Notes: a model not told the origin generated them from the letters alone. A stretch of DNA of 64,000 bases from Eledone cirrhosa (GCA_964016885.1 OZ024753.1:36828001-36892000), one strand, 5' to 3'. Positions 16,894 to 33,460 are shown, counted from the stretch's first letter. A program made the numbers and translations.

Positions 16894-17844
16894 CTACATT
16901 TTAAATTTAAATTTATATTTAAACGTTGAGTTTAATCTATGTTTGCAACAACTGAATAAATTTGTCCGTAGGTTAAGGGAGTTTTTAGATTTTAGTATAA
17001 AGAATATCTCCTCTGCACAGAGGTCACATGTCTCAGAGGATGAATTAAAAGGAATCCCTCTTGAGACTATATTCCAAGCCGTCGAATATCTAACGTTATC
17101 TAGCTTAAGTTGCCAGAGTACCCCTGATAGTGCCGTTGAAGATTTTTTATTTGGGTCTGTGAAAGAATTCTTGTGGTTATTATAGCGAAGTTTAAATTCC
17201 GTCGATGTGGAACCGACGTAGTTAAAAGAATTAGAGTCAGTATTAACATTACAATTGTATACTATATTTTTAACTAAGCAGTTGTTATTTAACGGACATT
17301 TAGATCTATCTCTACAGTTACATTTGTTAACTTGTATATTATTTATGCTATTATCAGTAGGTTTTAAGTTCCTATTATTTATTCTATTAATATTTTGTGC
17401 TAAATTTTTGGTGGATGAGTAGGTTAATTTAATTGTATGCCTATTGAAGATTGAGTGATACCTATGTGTTCTAGGGAAGCGATTATCAAGAGCTTTGAAA
17501 AATAATTTAGCGATGTGGGTTTTAATGTTTAGTGAGAAAGGGGGGGCAAACCAAATTATGTTCCTAGTTCTATTTCTTTTTTGTCCTTTGGAATTATTGT
17601 AATGCTTTCTATTATAGTTGTTAATGTTGTTGCCGTAATTAAAAAAGTTGTTACTTTGTTTAGTTTGTCTATCATTATCTATGTATACAATCTTATCAGC
17701 ATACCCTGCCCTAGCTAGTGCATCATTATAGTATTGGGCCTTTTCGTCAAAAATCTTTCTATTCGACGAGATCCTAGAGATACGTTTTTGGACTGAGTTT
17801 ACTATAGTGTTTTTGACAGATCTGGGGTGGTTAGAGTTATTTAA
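16894..17844 (-). CDS. Partial PLE polyprotein: RT thumb, linker and GIY-YIG endonuclease (about 316 aa, no start codon)
   Basis: Hand translation is stop-free: SNHPRSVKNTIVNSVQKRISRISS...YNDALARAGY...RTRNIIWFAPPFS...CNCRDRSKCPLNNNC...NIVY...YVGST...FKLRYNNH...CDLCAEE...LNLR...CKH, ending at TAG 16894-16896. It is absent from the ORF track because there is no in-frame ATG, GTG or TTG until the last codon. Confidence 0.92.
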   Translation of the reverse strand, partial: LNNSNHPRSVKNTIVNSVQKRISRISSNRKIFDEKAQYYNDALARAGYADKIVYIDNDRQTKQSNNFFNYGNNINNYNRKHYNNSKGQKRNRTRNIIWFAPPFSLNIKTHIAKLFFKALDNRFPRTHRYHSIFNRHTIKLTYSSTKNLAQNINRINNRNLKPTDNSINNIQVNKCNCRDRSKCPLNNNCLVKNIVYNCNVNTDSNSFNYVGSTSTEFKLRYNNHKNSFTDPNKKSSTALSGVLWQLKLDNVRYSTAWNIVSRGIPFNSSSETCDLCAEEIFFILKSKNSLNLRTNLFSCCKHRLNSTFKYKFKFKM

Positions 17845-18287
17845 TATTGTAAATATACTCCAAATATTTGTCGAGTGCTTTTATATCAGTTATAAATATT
17901 TACTAGTTGTAACCCAACAATTTTAAATATAACTTTACATGTATATATATATATATATATATATTTGTATATATTCCTCTAAAACATTTTCTACAAATTA
18001 ATTTAACTACTTATATATTTTTCTCTCTCTATATATATATGTGTGTGTGTGTGTAATTATATTTATATTTTATGTATTTATTTAAATTTTTTATTTTTAT
18101 TTTATTTATTTATTTTATTTGTTTATTTAATTTATTTATTTTATTTATTTATTTTATTTATATATGAAGATCAACACAAATATTTTAACTATGCCGAAGA
18201 AGAACAAAAGAAAAACGTAACAAAGACTTGTAATCAGGAATGGAATAAACAATATAAAACAACAGCAACAACTACTACTATTACTAT

Positions 18288-18398
<111 letters not shown>

Positions 18399-18505
18399 GA
18401 AAAGCCGTTAACCATTTACAGAGAAAGTAAAATAAAAGGACGGCAAAATAGAAACACAATATACACACAGACACATGCACCTAGAAACAGACACATGCAT
18501 ATATA

Positions 18506-18571
<66 letters not shown>

Positions 18572-18834
18572 TATATATATGTATATACACAAGTATATAT
18601 GTAAATACATTTATATATATATATACGCTTATATATATATATATATTTCAACACATATATATTCATATTAATATATATATATGCATGTATGTATGTATAT
18701 ATGTGGGGGTGCAACGATACTTGAATAATGAATAGGAAACAATCTAATCTCTATAGAGTTTCGTCCAATTATCTTCTTACCTCAACAAAACAAATTTATT
18801 CTCTTCCTTTAACAAATATATATGTATATGAATA

Positions 18835-18910
<76 letters not shown>

Positions 18911-19047
18911 AGAGAGAGAGAGAGATAGAGAGATTTATATACACATATAAAAATATGCATATCAATATATTTATGTATATATACATATTCATATATATAT
19001 ATATATATATGAATATGTGTGTTTGCATGAATATATACGCATATATG

Positions 19048-19264
<217 letters not shown>

Positions 19265-19829
19265 TGCAAACACACATAGATATGAATATGTAAGTCTTTA
19301 TATAAATATGCATACGAACATATTTATATATAGTATTTACAAACATATATATAAACATATATATATATATATATGTACATATATAGACACACACAGACAC
19401 GAGTAAAGAAAACACATAGACATACACAAACAAACATATACACATACAAACATATACATATATACATATATTATCACGTTCGAGCTTCCGGGTATATGTT
19501 TTTTCTTCTTCTTTCCGTATTTCCACCATTTTTCTAATTTTCAATTCTCATAATGACCATTCACATAGAAAGTATTGTGTTTTGCCCGACTTCATTTGCA
19601 ATTGTTGATAATACAGCTTCCAGCCGACATTGCACCATTTATAATACCGATAGAAAGGTCACTGCACACACAGATTAATATGCATACATACTTACAATCA
19701 CTCATCCATACATATATACATACATGTATGCAAACATATATAAATATATATATATATATTTACAATCATTCACCCACGCTTATATAAATGTATGTATGCA
19801 TATATATATATATATATATGCATACATAC

Positions 19830-20031
<202 letters not shown>

Positions 20032-20370
20032 GTGTGTGTGAGTGTGCGTGTGTGTGAGTGTGTGTTCATACATACACATGAAACAGAAGGCAAGTGAAAC
20101 TATCATACTTAAATGACACCGTGGTTAGTGCAATAACTGTCTATATACAACAAATTTTTTCTAAATATTCAGTGCTCTCCCAAATTCACATAAATCTTTA
20201 CCAATCTACGCAACCCTCTGCACCCACGCATATATCTATCTATCTATATATAAAAGTTTTAGTATATATATAGAGAGATAGATAGAGAGATAGATACATA
20301 CATACATATATATATAGAGAGAGAGATTGATAGATAGATAGATACATACATACATACATACATACATACA

Positions 20371-20975
20371 TGGTGGCTGCCAACTCGTTTTCGAGTATGG
20401 CCACTACTTTATATCCATGTAGGAGAACTCCTACCGATGCGCTGAACGAATGTGACCTTAGTCCAGCCAGCGACTTGAAAACTCTGGTACAAACACTACA
20501 CTTGTGACAATTATTGACACATAGTGCTTGGCCCATGGTACCATGTGACGACAAGTGCAGAGAGATCTCCAGATATAAAGCAATGCCTGTGCCGTGAAGC
20601 TTTTATAGTGAGCACAGGCACTGCACAAAGCCAGTTCCACTCTCTTAACCAAGATGATATTTACCAAAAAGAAGAACAAGTCAACATCATTGGATACCAT
20701 CAGGGTTGCAGGTGTTATATCAGAGTTTTCCTTCTCCTAGAATTCTGCCTTGACAAAGGCTAAGGGGTCATCTCTCCCGGTAATTTTGGATGGCCATTGA
20801 CTCTTAAGAGCTCCTTTGCCCTTTGACAGGTTTTGTTTTTAGTCCTGCAGGATGTCCAAAGTCACCCTCCTCACCAAGAAACCTTAGTGGGGTTGCCAGT
20901 TTAGTCGCCAACGACCCGACCATGGGACAGGTTGTACTGGGATACATGTTACCAGTAGCACCAAGTGGTGACCTG
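20371..20975 (-). mobile_element. Short RTE-clade LINE derivative (5'UTR-like part joined to the ORF2 3' end)
   Basis: Encodes the C2H2-like end HKCSVCTRVFKSLAGLRSH. The upstream part has RTE 5'UTR-like ggagaaggaaaactctga (recalled, not searched). (TACA)n lies on both sides. Confidence 0.6.
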
Positions 20976-20990
20976 ACATACATACATACA

Positions 20991-21021
<31 letters not shown>

Positions 21022-21023
21022 GT

Positions 21024-21099
<76 letters not shown>

Positions 21100-21913
21100 A
21101 TAATATATATATATATATATATATATAGTGACGAAACGTAAGTCAATTGCATGAACTCATAATCCTTTATTTACTGCTATATATATTTCGTTGATAGCCA
21201 TTAATTATACATATATTTTGACATTCCATTACAAACCTTTCAGAAAACTAGACAAATAATTCTACTTGATATCAACAAAACCCAATTTCTCCCCACCACT
21301 CACATACAGAAGCCATTTTGAAAACATTACTCAGGAACATTTTTAGAAGAAATTCCAGCTTCTACTTTGAGACAGAGACATTCGACAGTGCGGCAAAGGT
21401 TAACAACATGGCGCTTATTCAAAGTGGATTTACAGAAAACATGAAATTGGCTCTCCAATTTAATGAAACGAAAATCAGTCATTATAATATTATCGTGTTC
21501 TGTCCTCCGAACAGCTTCAGTGTGAAATCAAATATTTCTCAAATTTAATCCAGAAATATTTCCATACAAGAAACACGTATTCAGAATTATTCAACCGGCA
21601 AAATATAAAAGTTAGCTTCTTGTTACATGGTTAATATGAAAAACAATATAACAGATAATTGTCGTCTGACACTCTAAATCGGGCAAAAAATACAGAAAAT
21701 AATTCTCTGTGAAAATATTGTTAATCTAGGTACCAGAACGAACAGATAATTGTAACTGAGAAAATATAGTAGTTGAACTTTCTGACATTATGGGCAAAGT
21801 TGATTTACTAATCTACAAAAATTAGTCAACTTAATTTAATGAGAAAAATTGGAACAGATATCATCATAATTGACCACGATCAATTTTACATTGTATTATA
21901 TATAAGGTTTTAG

Positions 21914-22345
21914 GGCGGTGGATTGGCAGTATCGGTAGAGAGTAGGACGCCATGCTTTGCAGCATAGAGTTACGGTCCTTTATGGTCTGAGTTCAAATCC
22001 TGCCGAGGTTAACTTTGCTTTTCATCCTTACGGGGTCGATAAAATAAAGTGCCAGTAATGTACTGCGGTCGATTTAATCGACTTTCCCTTCCCCGCAAAT
22101 TACTGAAATCTTATATATAAGGTTTCTGAAATTGGTGGATTGGCAGAGTCGGGAGAGCGTCGGACAACATGCTTTGTGGTGTTTGTTACGGTTCTTTACG
22201 ATTTTTGTTCAAATCCTTCCGAGGTTAGCCTTGCATTTCATCTTTATAGGGTTAAAACAAAAAACAGTAACGTACTGGAATCGATTTAATCGATTTTCCC
22301 CCCTCACCTCCCAAAAATTGTTGGTCTTGTGCTTAAACAAGAAAT
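21914..22345 (+). mobile_element. Two tandem tRNA-derived SINEs (family 1)
   Basis: A box tggcagtatcgg, B box gagttcaaatcc, core ctttgcttttcatccttacggggtcgataaaataaagt. The second copy starts at about 22133. Confidence 0.85.
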
Positions 22346-22450
22346 TTTTTTGTCTAAGGTTTCTAGTAATGTGCGTATGTGTGTATATATAGAGAGAGAT
22401 ACAGAAACATATATTACAGATATATATATATATGTATGTATATATATACA

Positions 22451-22550
<100 letters not shown>

Positions 22551-22694
22551 TACACACATACACACATATATATATATACGTGTCTATGCGTATGTATACA
22601 TATATAGGTGTTGGGTCTAGGTATGTGTCTATTTGCTTATTTCTTCCAAATTTCATCTGGATTTTTATTCTATTATGTATATACATATATACAT

Positions 22695-22778
<84 letters not shown>

Positions 22779-23415
22779 ATATATACACACACTCACACAC
22801 TACACATATATATATTCTTTCATTCCTGTCGTGAAACCTCACTTTAACTAACACTGGTAGCCATTTATAGTTTTCTAATTGATACTGTTTCTTCAGGGCA
22901 ATGAATAATTGAGAAAATCAAATTTATTTGAATATCATCATGATCATCATCATCATCATTATCATCATTATCATCAGCTTCGACATAGGCTTTAAAAACA
23001 TACATAGCATATATACAACAGCAATGGTAGCAGTAACAACTGATGTGGTGTTACAGCGCTGGGGTTGAAGTACAAACAGGAGCCATGCCACCCACCACTA
23101 CTACTACCACCATTACCCCGACCATGACCACGACAACGATCATCATCATTACCATCACCACCAGTACCACAACTACAAATACCACAACTACTCACGCAGC
23201 CACCACTAACACCACCAAAGCAACAACCATTTCATCAATCACTACCACCGCCACCACTACCAGCGCTACCACTACCACTATCACCACCTCAACAACCACT
23301 ACCACCACCACTGCAAACATCACAATCATCACAAGAAGAAGAAGAAGAAGAAGAAGAAGAAGAAGAAGAAGAAGAAGAAGAAGAAGAAGAAAATGATGAT
23401 GATGATAAATAATTA

Positions 23416-23596
23416 TTTCTACTTTTGGCACAAGGCCAGCAATTACCCAGTGCATTACTGGTACTTTATTTTATCGACCCCGTAAGGATGAAAGGCAAAG
23501 TTAACCTCGGTGGGATTTGAACTCAGACCATAAAGGGCCGTAACTCTATGCTGCAGAGCATGGTGTCCGTCCCTCTACCGTTACTGCCAATCCACC
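23416..23596 (-). mobile_element. tRNA-derived SINE (family 1)
   Basis: Reverse complement of the 40797-40980 copy. Confidence 0.9.
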
Positions 23597-23634
23597 GAAA
23601 ATGATAGTGATAATGATAATGATAATAAATAATG

Positions 23635-23870
23635 CTTTCTTTATTAACCACAAGGGTTTACACAAAGTATACATTAAGGACAGTACAGGACAATACAGGA
23701 CGGTACAAATGGGCATTTCTGCGTGTAAAAAAAAAATAAAAAAACAGAGGATGTAATAAAAGAACAATGAAAAATTCCCCAATAAGGAGGAAACTTCCGA
23801 GGGCCATTAAAGAAAGCCACGGTGACCCTGACCACCAGGGCAATTGTCCTCTCCCAGTTTTCTACCTTCA
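23635..23870 (-). mobile_element. L1/Tx1-like LINE 3'UTR fragment
   Basis: Terminus ttctttatta(a/g)ccacaaggg is shared with the element at 33461-34195. Confidence 0.5.
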
Positions 23871-24186
23871 ATTTACAGGCATATATTCACTCGGGATAAT
23901 GATAATAAATAATAAACAATATCAACAACTACTATTGATAATAACAATACTAATTATATAAATAGTCCTAATCATCTCAATAATGGCATTATTATTTTTA
24001 TTATTATTAAAATTATTAATATTATTATTAATGGTGGAGGGGAGGAATTATTATTTTTGTAGCTATTGTCATTATTATTAAAATTATCAATATTATTGTT
24101 GTTGTTGTTGTTAGTGGGGAGGGTTCATTATTATTTTTATAGTTATTTTCATTATTAAGAAAATAGTGACGATGATGACGATAATT

Positions 24187-24229
<43 letters not shown>

Positions 24230-24779
24230 CGACGACGACGATGATGATGATGGCGATGATGATGATGATGATGATGATGTAAAGAATTATTATGATGACG
24301 TATAAATAAAAACAAATTCATTTTTATCGTGTTTTTATTTTGTAATAATTATTTCTATTAAGTATACTATTGTTTTTTTGTTATTGCTATTGTTGAAATT
24401 GTTGTTGTTGTTGTTGCTGCTGATGGTGGTGTTGTTGTTATTGATGGTGGTAGTGGTGGAGGGATGTTGCTGTAGTTATTGTTGTTGTTGTTACCATTGT
24501 TGACATTGTAGTGTGAATTATTTTTCAAAGATTTAATTTGAATTTACTTTCATAAAGACCCTAACTGCTTTTTCCTGTTGAACTTTCTCAATTTTAAGAC
24601 CCTAACCTTGTGACATATATACACCCTCCAGATTTGAGAAATGTATAAATCTGCTTAAGGTAACCATTTTAATCAGGTTTCTTCCGAGTCGGAAACTGTG
24701 TAAACCTAATTGGATATATGAGTGTATTAAAATGTAATTTTAATACACAACTAATGGGGCTACTTAGAAGGGGATTAGG

Positions 24780-24915
<136 letters not shown>

Positions 24916-25046
24916 TTAAAGTGAAGATAATCAAATGTTCAAGTTAAATCCATCTTTAATATCTACGATCGTTTCTATCGAAATGGTAAGCGAACATGCA
25001 TATGCAAAATCAATAGTGGAATATTCCAGCTTATCACCTGTATATA

Positions 25047-25090
<44 letters not shown>

Positions 25091-25600
25091 CAGGTCTGCC
25101 AAAAATGGAATCCAATCTTAGATTGGGAAACAAATTATATATTAGGTAGGATTCAATTCTTAAACCCCTTCTGAGTAGCCCCATTTTGATTCCATCTCGC
25201 CCCACGATCCTTCCACTCTTCAAAGCACGTCTCGAATGCTTTTTCCTGAATGGCTTTCAACAAGACCACCGTCATTATTTTGCGTCAATGTGTTGGGTGG
25301 ATTGTAATGTTCCGAGATTAAACGATTTGGGAAGAACTCGTTTTGCGCATATGCTCCATATTGGACATGGTTTCTACGTCTGGATACCCTTTCCAAACAC
25401 TTTACATACAGGCTGCACCGGGATTTACCGGGATTTACCGGGATGTACCGGGAGTTATGTATTGTCGCACCAACAACTACCACTTTACAGAAAGTGTCAC
25501 GTCTTGTATGTAATGTCCCATTTCTTGTACGCCCTTGTGGCAAATATATATATATTAAAATATAAATATTAATAAAATAGATGTTCTTTTGATCAATTAC

Positions 25601-25653
25601 ATTTTATTATACCTATTTCAGATGTACAACAGTACGTCCTCATCAGACAAAAT
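25601..25653 (-). ncRNA. Minimal type I hammerhead ribozyme, family C-like
   Basis: attttgt CTGATGA ggacgtac tgtt gtacatct GAA AT aggt AT A ataaaat. Confidence 0.75.
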
Positions 25654-25819
25654 ATAATTATACATGACATACCCTGAGATGTTAAATGGTTAATATTTAA
25701 TCAAGGTAGTGATATTTATATTTTAATATTAATAACACCGGAAAATTATTTTTCGTAGAGTGCTTCCAATCTACTGTAAAACTCATTCTTTGACATAATC
25801 ATTGAATATCGTTTAACAC

Positions 25820-25858
<39 letters not shown>

Positions 25859-26102
25859 ATAGTTTAATGTAAAAATTTCATGTGTTTGCATAAATACATT
25901 CATGGATGTAAGTACATGCACACCAATGTAAATTCACACAAACACGTACATAGAAGCAAACCAGTTACAAGATATATAGACATGTACATGCGACGGAAAG
26001 TAAACGGGCACAACATAGTCATATGCCATCAATAAATATTAACAAAACCTGTGTATATGCTTGTACACATATGTATTTGTATCTGCATATTAACAATATA
26101 TT

Positions 26103-26248
<146 letters not shown>

Positions 26249-26278
26249 CACATATACACATATATACATATACATATA

Positions 26279-26311
<33 letters not shown>

Positions 26312-26422
26312 ACATATATGCATATATGTATATGTATATATGTATATGTATATGTATATATGTATATGTATATATGTGTATATGTGTATAAGTGGATCTA
26401 TGTTTATATGTATATGCATATG

Positions 26423-26456
<34 letters not shown>

Positions 26457-27244
26457 AATTTTATATATATATATATATATATTTATAATATATATATATA
26501 TATATATGTATGTATATATATATATATGCCTACATATAAACATTTCTATATACAGTTATATATATATATACCTTAATATTATATATATACCTTATATATA
26601 TATATATACCTTATGTATATATATATACATTAATATATATATTACATATGCATATACATATAAACATAGATCCACTTATACACATATACACATATATACA
26701 TATACATATATACATATACATATATGCATATACATTTACTTAAAGCAGTTCGTAGTTTTTGAGCTTATGGAAATCACAGAAAAATACACACAAAAAAACC
26801 AACAGTGAAGAATAAACCAAGAGCAATGCCTGTGAGTCTGTTTATATAAATATCGGAAAACTACCGCACCTTCTATATGGAAAACATTAAAACATATATA
26901 CTTTGAAAGGTTTATTAAAAATCATTCTTCGTTACGCTTTAGGGGACTGTATAGATTATTTATATTATATATATATTTGCAGTCGAAGGACTGGACATTT
27001 GGTTATGAATATTACTTTATTTTACTTGATTTTTTTTTAAACATGACATGGATTTTTTATTATTATTATTTTTTTTTTTTTTATTATCTGTTTGATTTTT
27101 GGGGGGAGTTTTTTTGTGGGGTAAGGGTTTTTTTTTCGTTATCTTTCCTTCTGCTATTTTGCTGTCATTTGTATATCGTTGTGTGGCAACGTTATATATA
27201 TTTGTAACGTTGTGTTTTGCTGTGTCACTGTAATAAGGTGTCCT

Positions 27245-27414
<170 letters not shown>

Positions 27415-27488
27415 GCGTACATATATACATATATATAGAGAGAGATATAGATATAGATATAGATATGCACATACATACATATATATAT

Positions 27489-27550
<62 letters not shown>

Positions 27551-27948
27551 ATATACATACATATATATATGTGTGTGTTCGTGCGTGCGTGTATATGTAT
27601 GTGTCTGTGTGTGTGTATGTGTGAGTGTGTGTTGAAAGTATATTTAATGTAAGCTGCTTCAGTGTAGATTTTTAAATTATGAAAATGGTCAAATAATTTC
27701 GGCATATGAGCTCTGAGAAAAGGAAACGATAGAGGCCATATTGTCCATTCCGTCTGTAAGGGCTTATATTCTATGTTGAAGAAGGTTACATTAAGCTAAC
27801 ATACATTCAGTGTGTGTGTTTGTGTGAACTGTATTGAGGGCTGTGTTTTCTGTAACATAAACAAGATATTCCTGACTAGATAATGGTTTCTGATTTAGGC
27901 ACAAGGCCAAAGGTCTTGGGGAGGGGAAAATTGATTAAATTGACTATA

Positions 27949-28227
<279 letters not shown>

Positions 28228-28392
28228 TTTACGTATCGAGAGAGAGAAATAAAGGGGAGGATAGGTGATACATATAGTTATTTGCCAAGTAGCGTATGCC
28301 AAAGGTGCTCGATACTAGTGCCGGCAGTATTAAATATTCGAAGTGTTAATATTTAGTGGGCTAGAGAGTTAGCAGAGCGTAAGCACGTGGAA

Positions 28393-28755
28393 AAGTAAGA
28401 AATCGGAGAATAGACCGTTAAAACATGTTTATTTAAAACAACACCTACGTACGTTTCGCCCAGTTGGGCTTCTCAAGGGCATAAATAATCAAAAGTGTTC
28501 CTTGCATTGCTCGGAAAGAATTTTTGGGGTTAAATCCACGTCAAGGTTCATTGCTCGCAAAAGTAGCTTGTTTTGATTTTGCGATTTTTGCGAGCAATGA
28601 ACCTTGACGTGGATTTAACCCCAAAAACTCTTTCCGAGCAATGTAAGGAACACTTTTGATTATTTATGCCCTTGAGAAGCCCAACTGGGCGAAACGTACG
28701 TAGGTGCTGTTTTAAATGAACATGTTCTAACGGTCTTTTCTCCGATTTCTTACTT
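28393..28755. mobile_element. Palindromic PLE-end element, family D, with a variant hammerhead on each strand (28441-28482 minus, 28666-28707 plus)
   Basis: Arms of about 170 bp with several mismatches. Motif atgccc TTGAGAA gccc aact gggc GAA AC gtac GT A ggtg. Confidence 0.75.
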
Positions 28756-28990
28756 ATATATATATATATATATACACATATATATATATAGTGTAAGTGA
28801 TTCAGTGAATTACTGGTGATACCAATATGAGTAAGCACTTTATTTTTTTGTTGAATCACCATTCTCATGAGAATATCGATGTCCTTGAGCCAACCATCAA
28901 CGAAACGCACGTAACACACAATAAAATCATAAATAAATGTAAACGAAACTTCATCTACTTTTCCTTATTTTATATATATATATATATATA

Positions 28991-29965
<975 letters not shown>

Positions 29966-29992
29966 CATATACACATATACATATATATATAA

Positions 29993-30184
<192 letters not shown>

Positions 30185-30472
30185 ATCATGTCAAATCACA
30201 AACAGTTGTTTATATATAAATATGCATATATATGTATATGTGGGGTGCGATTCCGTTTGTGCATATACGTGTATGAGTAGATATATGGGTGAATAAGATA
30301 TTATATATAAATATGTGCACCGCACCTATATAGGTATATGTCACATTCAAACAGTTAGACATGCTTTCAAACTGTTATTAAAATAGTTTGTTGTTGTTTT
30401 TTGCCTCCTTGCTTAAGGGAGAGAGTTATATAAATTATAATGAATATTACCAGTAATATTATGAATATTACC

Positions 30473-30516
<44 letters not shown>

Positions 30517-30665
30517 GAGGAGGAGGAGGGGGAGGGGGAGGATCGGGGTGGGGGTATCTTTTTTTTCATATATGCTAGCATTGCTTATTGCTTTTCCCAT
30601 TCTCTTATAAATCTAACATTAATAATTTTGGTAATTTTTTGTTTTTTCTGTATTTTCACTTCCCG

Positions 30666-30720
<55 letters not shown>

Positions 30721-30730
30721 TATGTATATA

Positions 30731-30765
<35 letters not shown>

Positions 30766-30825
30766 TTAATTATATATATAATTTTATATATATATATACA
30801 TACATATATATATGTGTGTGTGTGT

Positions 30826-30882
<57 letters not shown>

Positions 30883-30888
30883 TATATG

Positions 30889-30946
<58 letters not shown>

Positions 30947-31046
30947 TACATGTATATAAATATATATATATATACATATATATATCTATTTAATTATATA
31001 TATAATTTTATATATATATATACATACATATATATGTGTGTGTGTT

Positions 31047-31123
<77 letters not shown>

Positions 31124-31525
31124 ATGATCTTTGATACTGGGAACTGGAAAGGCCACAAATCAAAGAAGTATTCGATACATGGTAAGATGCAGAGAGTGTA
31201 TATTAGTACATTAATGAAAGAAGAGGCTCGACCCGCAAGCTCGGAGGTCTCTGCTAGTTACCTCTTCTAGCCTTCGACAGTTCCCTTAAATTCGAAAAAT
31301 ATTCCTAGTGGATGTTAGAAGAGGTAACTAACCAAAACATATATATATATATACGGCTTATTTTAAATCTACTGTTATTTAAACATATCCGACACTAATT
31401 TACATAATAGACTAAATAAATTTAATAACCCCACTATCCGGAAGCTTCCAACAGAAATGGTCGCATTCTTTAAGGGTATGTCAATATTTATTTATAATAT
31501 TTATTTATAAAACTGATCTATATTA

Positions 31526-31590
31526 TATTTTATCTGATGAAAGCGCACCATAACTTGACTTGGTGTCCTTGAAATATGTATACTGAAATA
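31526..31590 (+). ncRNA. Hammerhead ribozyme, family C (slightly decayed)
   Basis: tattttat CTGATGA aagcgcacca...tggtgtcctt GAA AT atgt AT A ctgaaata. The downstream flank is nearly identical to the 45411 copy. Confidence 0.68.
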
Positions 31591-31658
31591 AATATGGTTT
31601 TATAAATATAGTTTCCATTTATTAATATATCGTATATATATATATATATGTGTGTGTG

Positions 31659-31737
<79 letters not shown>

Positions 31738-31739
<2 letters not shown>

Positions 31740-32118
31740 AAGGCGGGTAAAATTCCCGAGATCCATGGACGAGTTCTCTCCAGCGGTCTCTGTCCCTCAT
31801 TATCGCTGCCATATCCTGCATCTCCAACAGACCAGTGTCTGTCCTTAGGGCATCAACATATGTTAACCTTGGTCTTCCTCTTCTAGTGTGTCCATGAAGG
31901 GGCTCCCAAAGGAGCACTGAGTGCAATGTCAACTCTGGATGTCGGTGAGCATGTCCAGCCAACCTCAGTCTCCTCTGTGTCACTTTTGAGCTGACTTTTG
32001 GGATGCTCCCATACAGCTCTGAGTTTTTCAGCCTCAGTGTATACTGATTAATGTTCAGAGCCATCCTCAGCATTCTCGTGTAGCACCCATCCACCATCTG
32101 ACTGACCAAGAGACTCAC
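31738..32118 (-). pseudogene. RTE-clade LINE ORF2 C-terminal fragment (5'-truncated insertion)
   Basis: DGCYTRMLRMALNI...RRLRLAGHAHRH...LLWEP...RGRPRLTYVD...DRDRWR. (TA)n lies on both sides. Confidence 0.9.
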
Positions 32119-32120
32119 TC

Positions 32121-32215
<95 letters not shown>

Positions 32216-32301
32216 TATTGAAATTTCCGTTGAAAACAGAAAAGGTCATGGAAGTGAAGAGTGCTCTATGTAAGTACCAGAGCATATGTAAGTACCAGAG
32301 C

Positions 32302-32411
<110 letters not shown>

Positions 32412-32666
32412 GTATTTCTATATATGTATATATATATATATATATTATTAGAAAGTGAGGGTTTTTTTTACAAAATTAAAAATAACCGAGGTGTCCTACA
32501 CGAGTGAAAGTGTAAAGAAAAAAAATGAAATCGAAAATGCAACTGGAGTTTTATTTTTTTTTAAATATATATATTTATTTGGTTCCTTTACCGGTTTCGA
32601 AGTTCTTCTGCTTTTCAAAAGTAGAATTGAGATGGAGGGTCTGTGGTTTTTCTCACACACACACAC

Positions 32667-32758
<92 letters not shown>

Positions 32759-32999
32759 ATATATAGTATATAAATACAATATGGGACGGGGTATTCATAT
32801 ATATATATATATATATATATATCATACGGCGCCATGTAGTATTACATGGCGTCGCTATCATCAGCATCCTTTAGATGTAGTTATTACATTAGTGTTGACA
32901 TAAAATCACAGCCATACATCTATATTAGCCTACATTTATATTTCTGTATATCTACTTATCTAAATATACACACGTTTCAACTCATATATATATATATAC

Positions 33000-33101
<102 letters not shown>

Positions 33102-33216
33102 ACATCTACATATAAGACCAAAGATAGATGGATAAATAGATAGAGAGAAATAGACAGATGCATATAAATAGATAGAAATTCATATATATATATATATATA
33201 AATACAGTGAGAGAGT

Positions 33217-33259
<43 letters not shown>

Positions 33260-33344
33260 AGTTGACGGACCCACCATATTTATCAATGCCAGTACCGGTA
33301 GTATCTCAGCGTACTCCATGGGCAATGTAAGATACATTCCCAGA

Positions 33345-33453
<109 letters not shown>

Positions 33454-33460
33454 GAGATAT

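Larger units (their letters stand above)
15268..17940 (-). mobile_element. 5'-truncated Penelope-like retroelement, family C: inverted tail, RT thumb/GIY-YIG ORF, 3' region and hammerhead
   Basis: ORF at 16894-17844 and hammerhead at 15312-15377 lie on the same strand. The 15-mer ttatttaatattgta occurs at 15268-15282 (minus) and 17837-17851 (plus), tying the two ends together. (TA)n flanks both sides. Confidence 0.75.

Noticed and set aside
16943-17185. 80-aa plus-strand ORF
   Set aside because: It is the antisense shadow of the PLE endonuclease frame.
16894-17844. Selenoprotein-type PLE ORF
   Set aside because: No in-frame TGA occurs in this fragment and all conserved Cys use TGT or TGC. 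I did not identify a SECIS element.
21170-21250. Possible minus-strand hammerhead
   Set aside because: The core reads CTGAAAG and stem I does not pair. It is too decayed to call.
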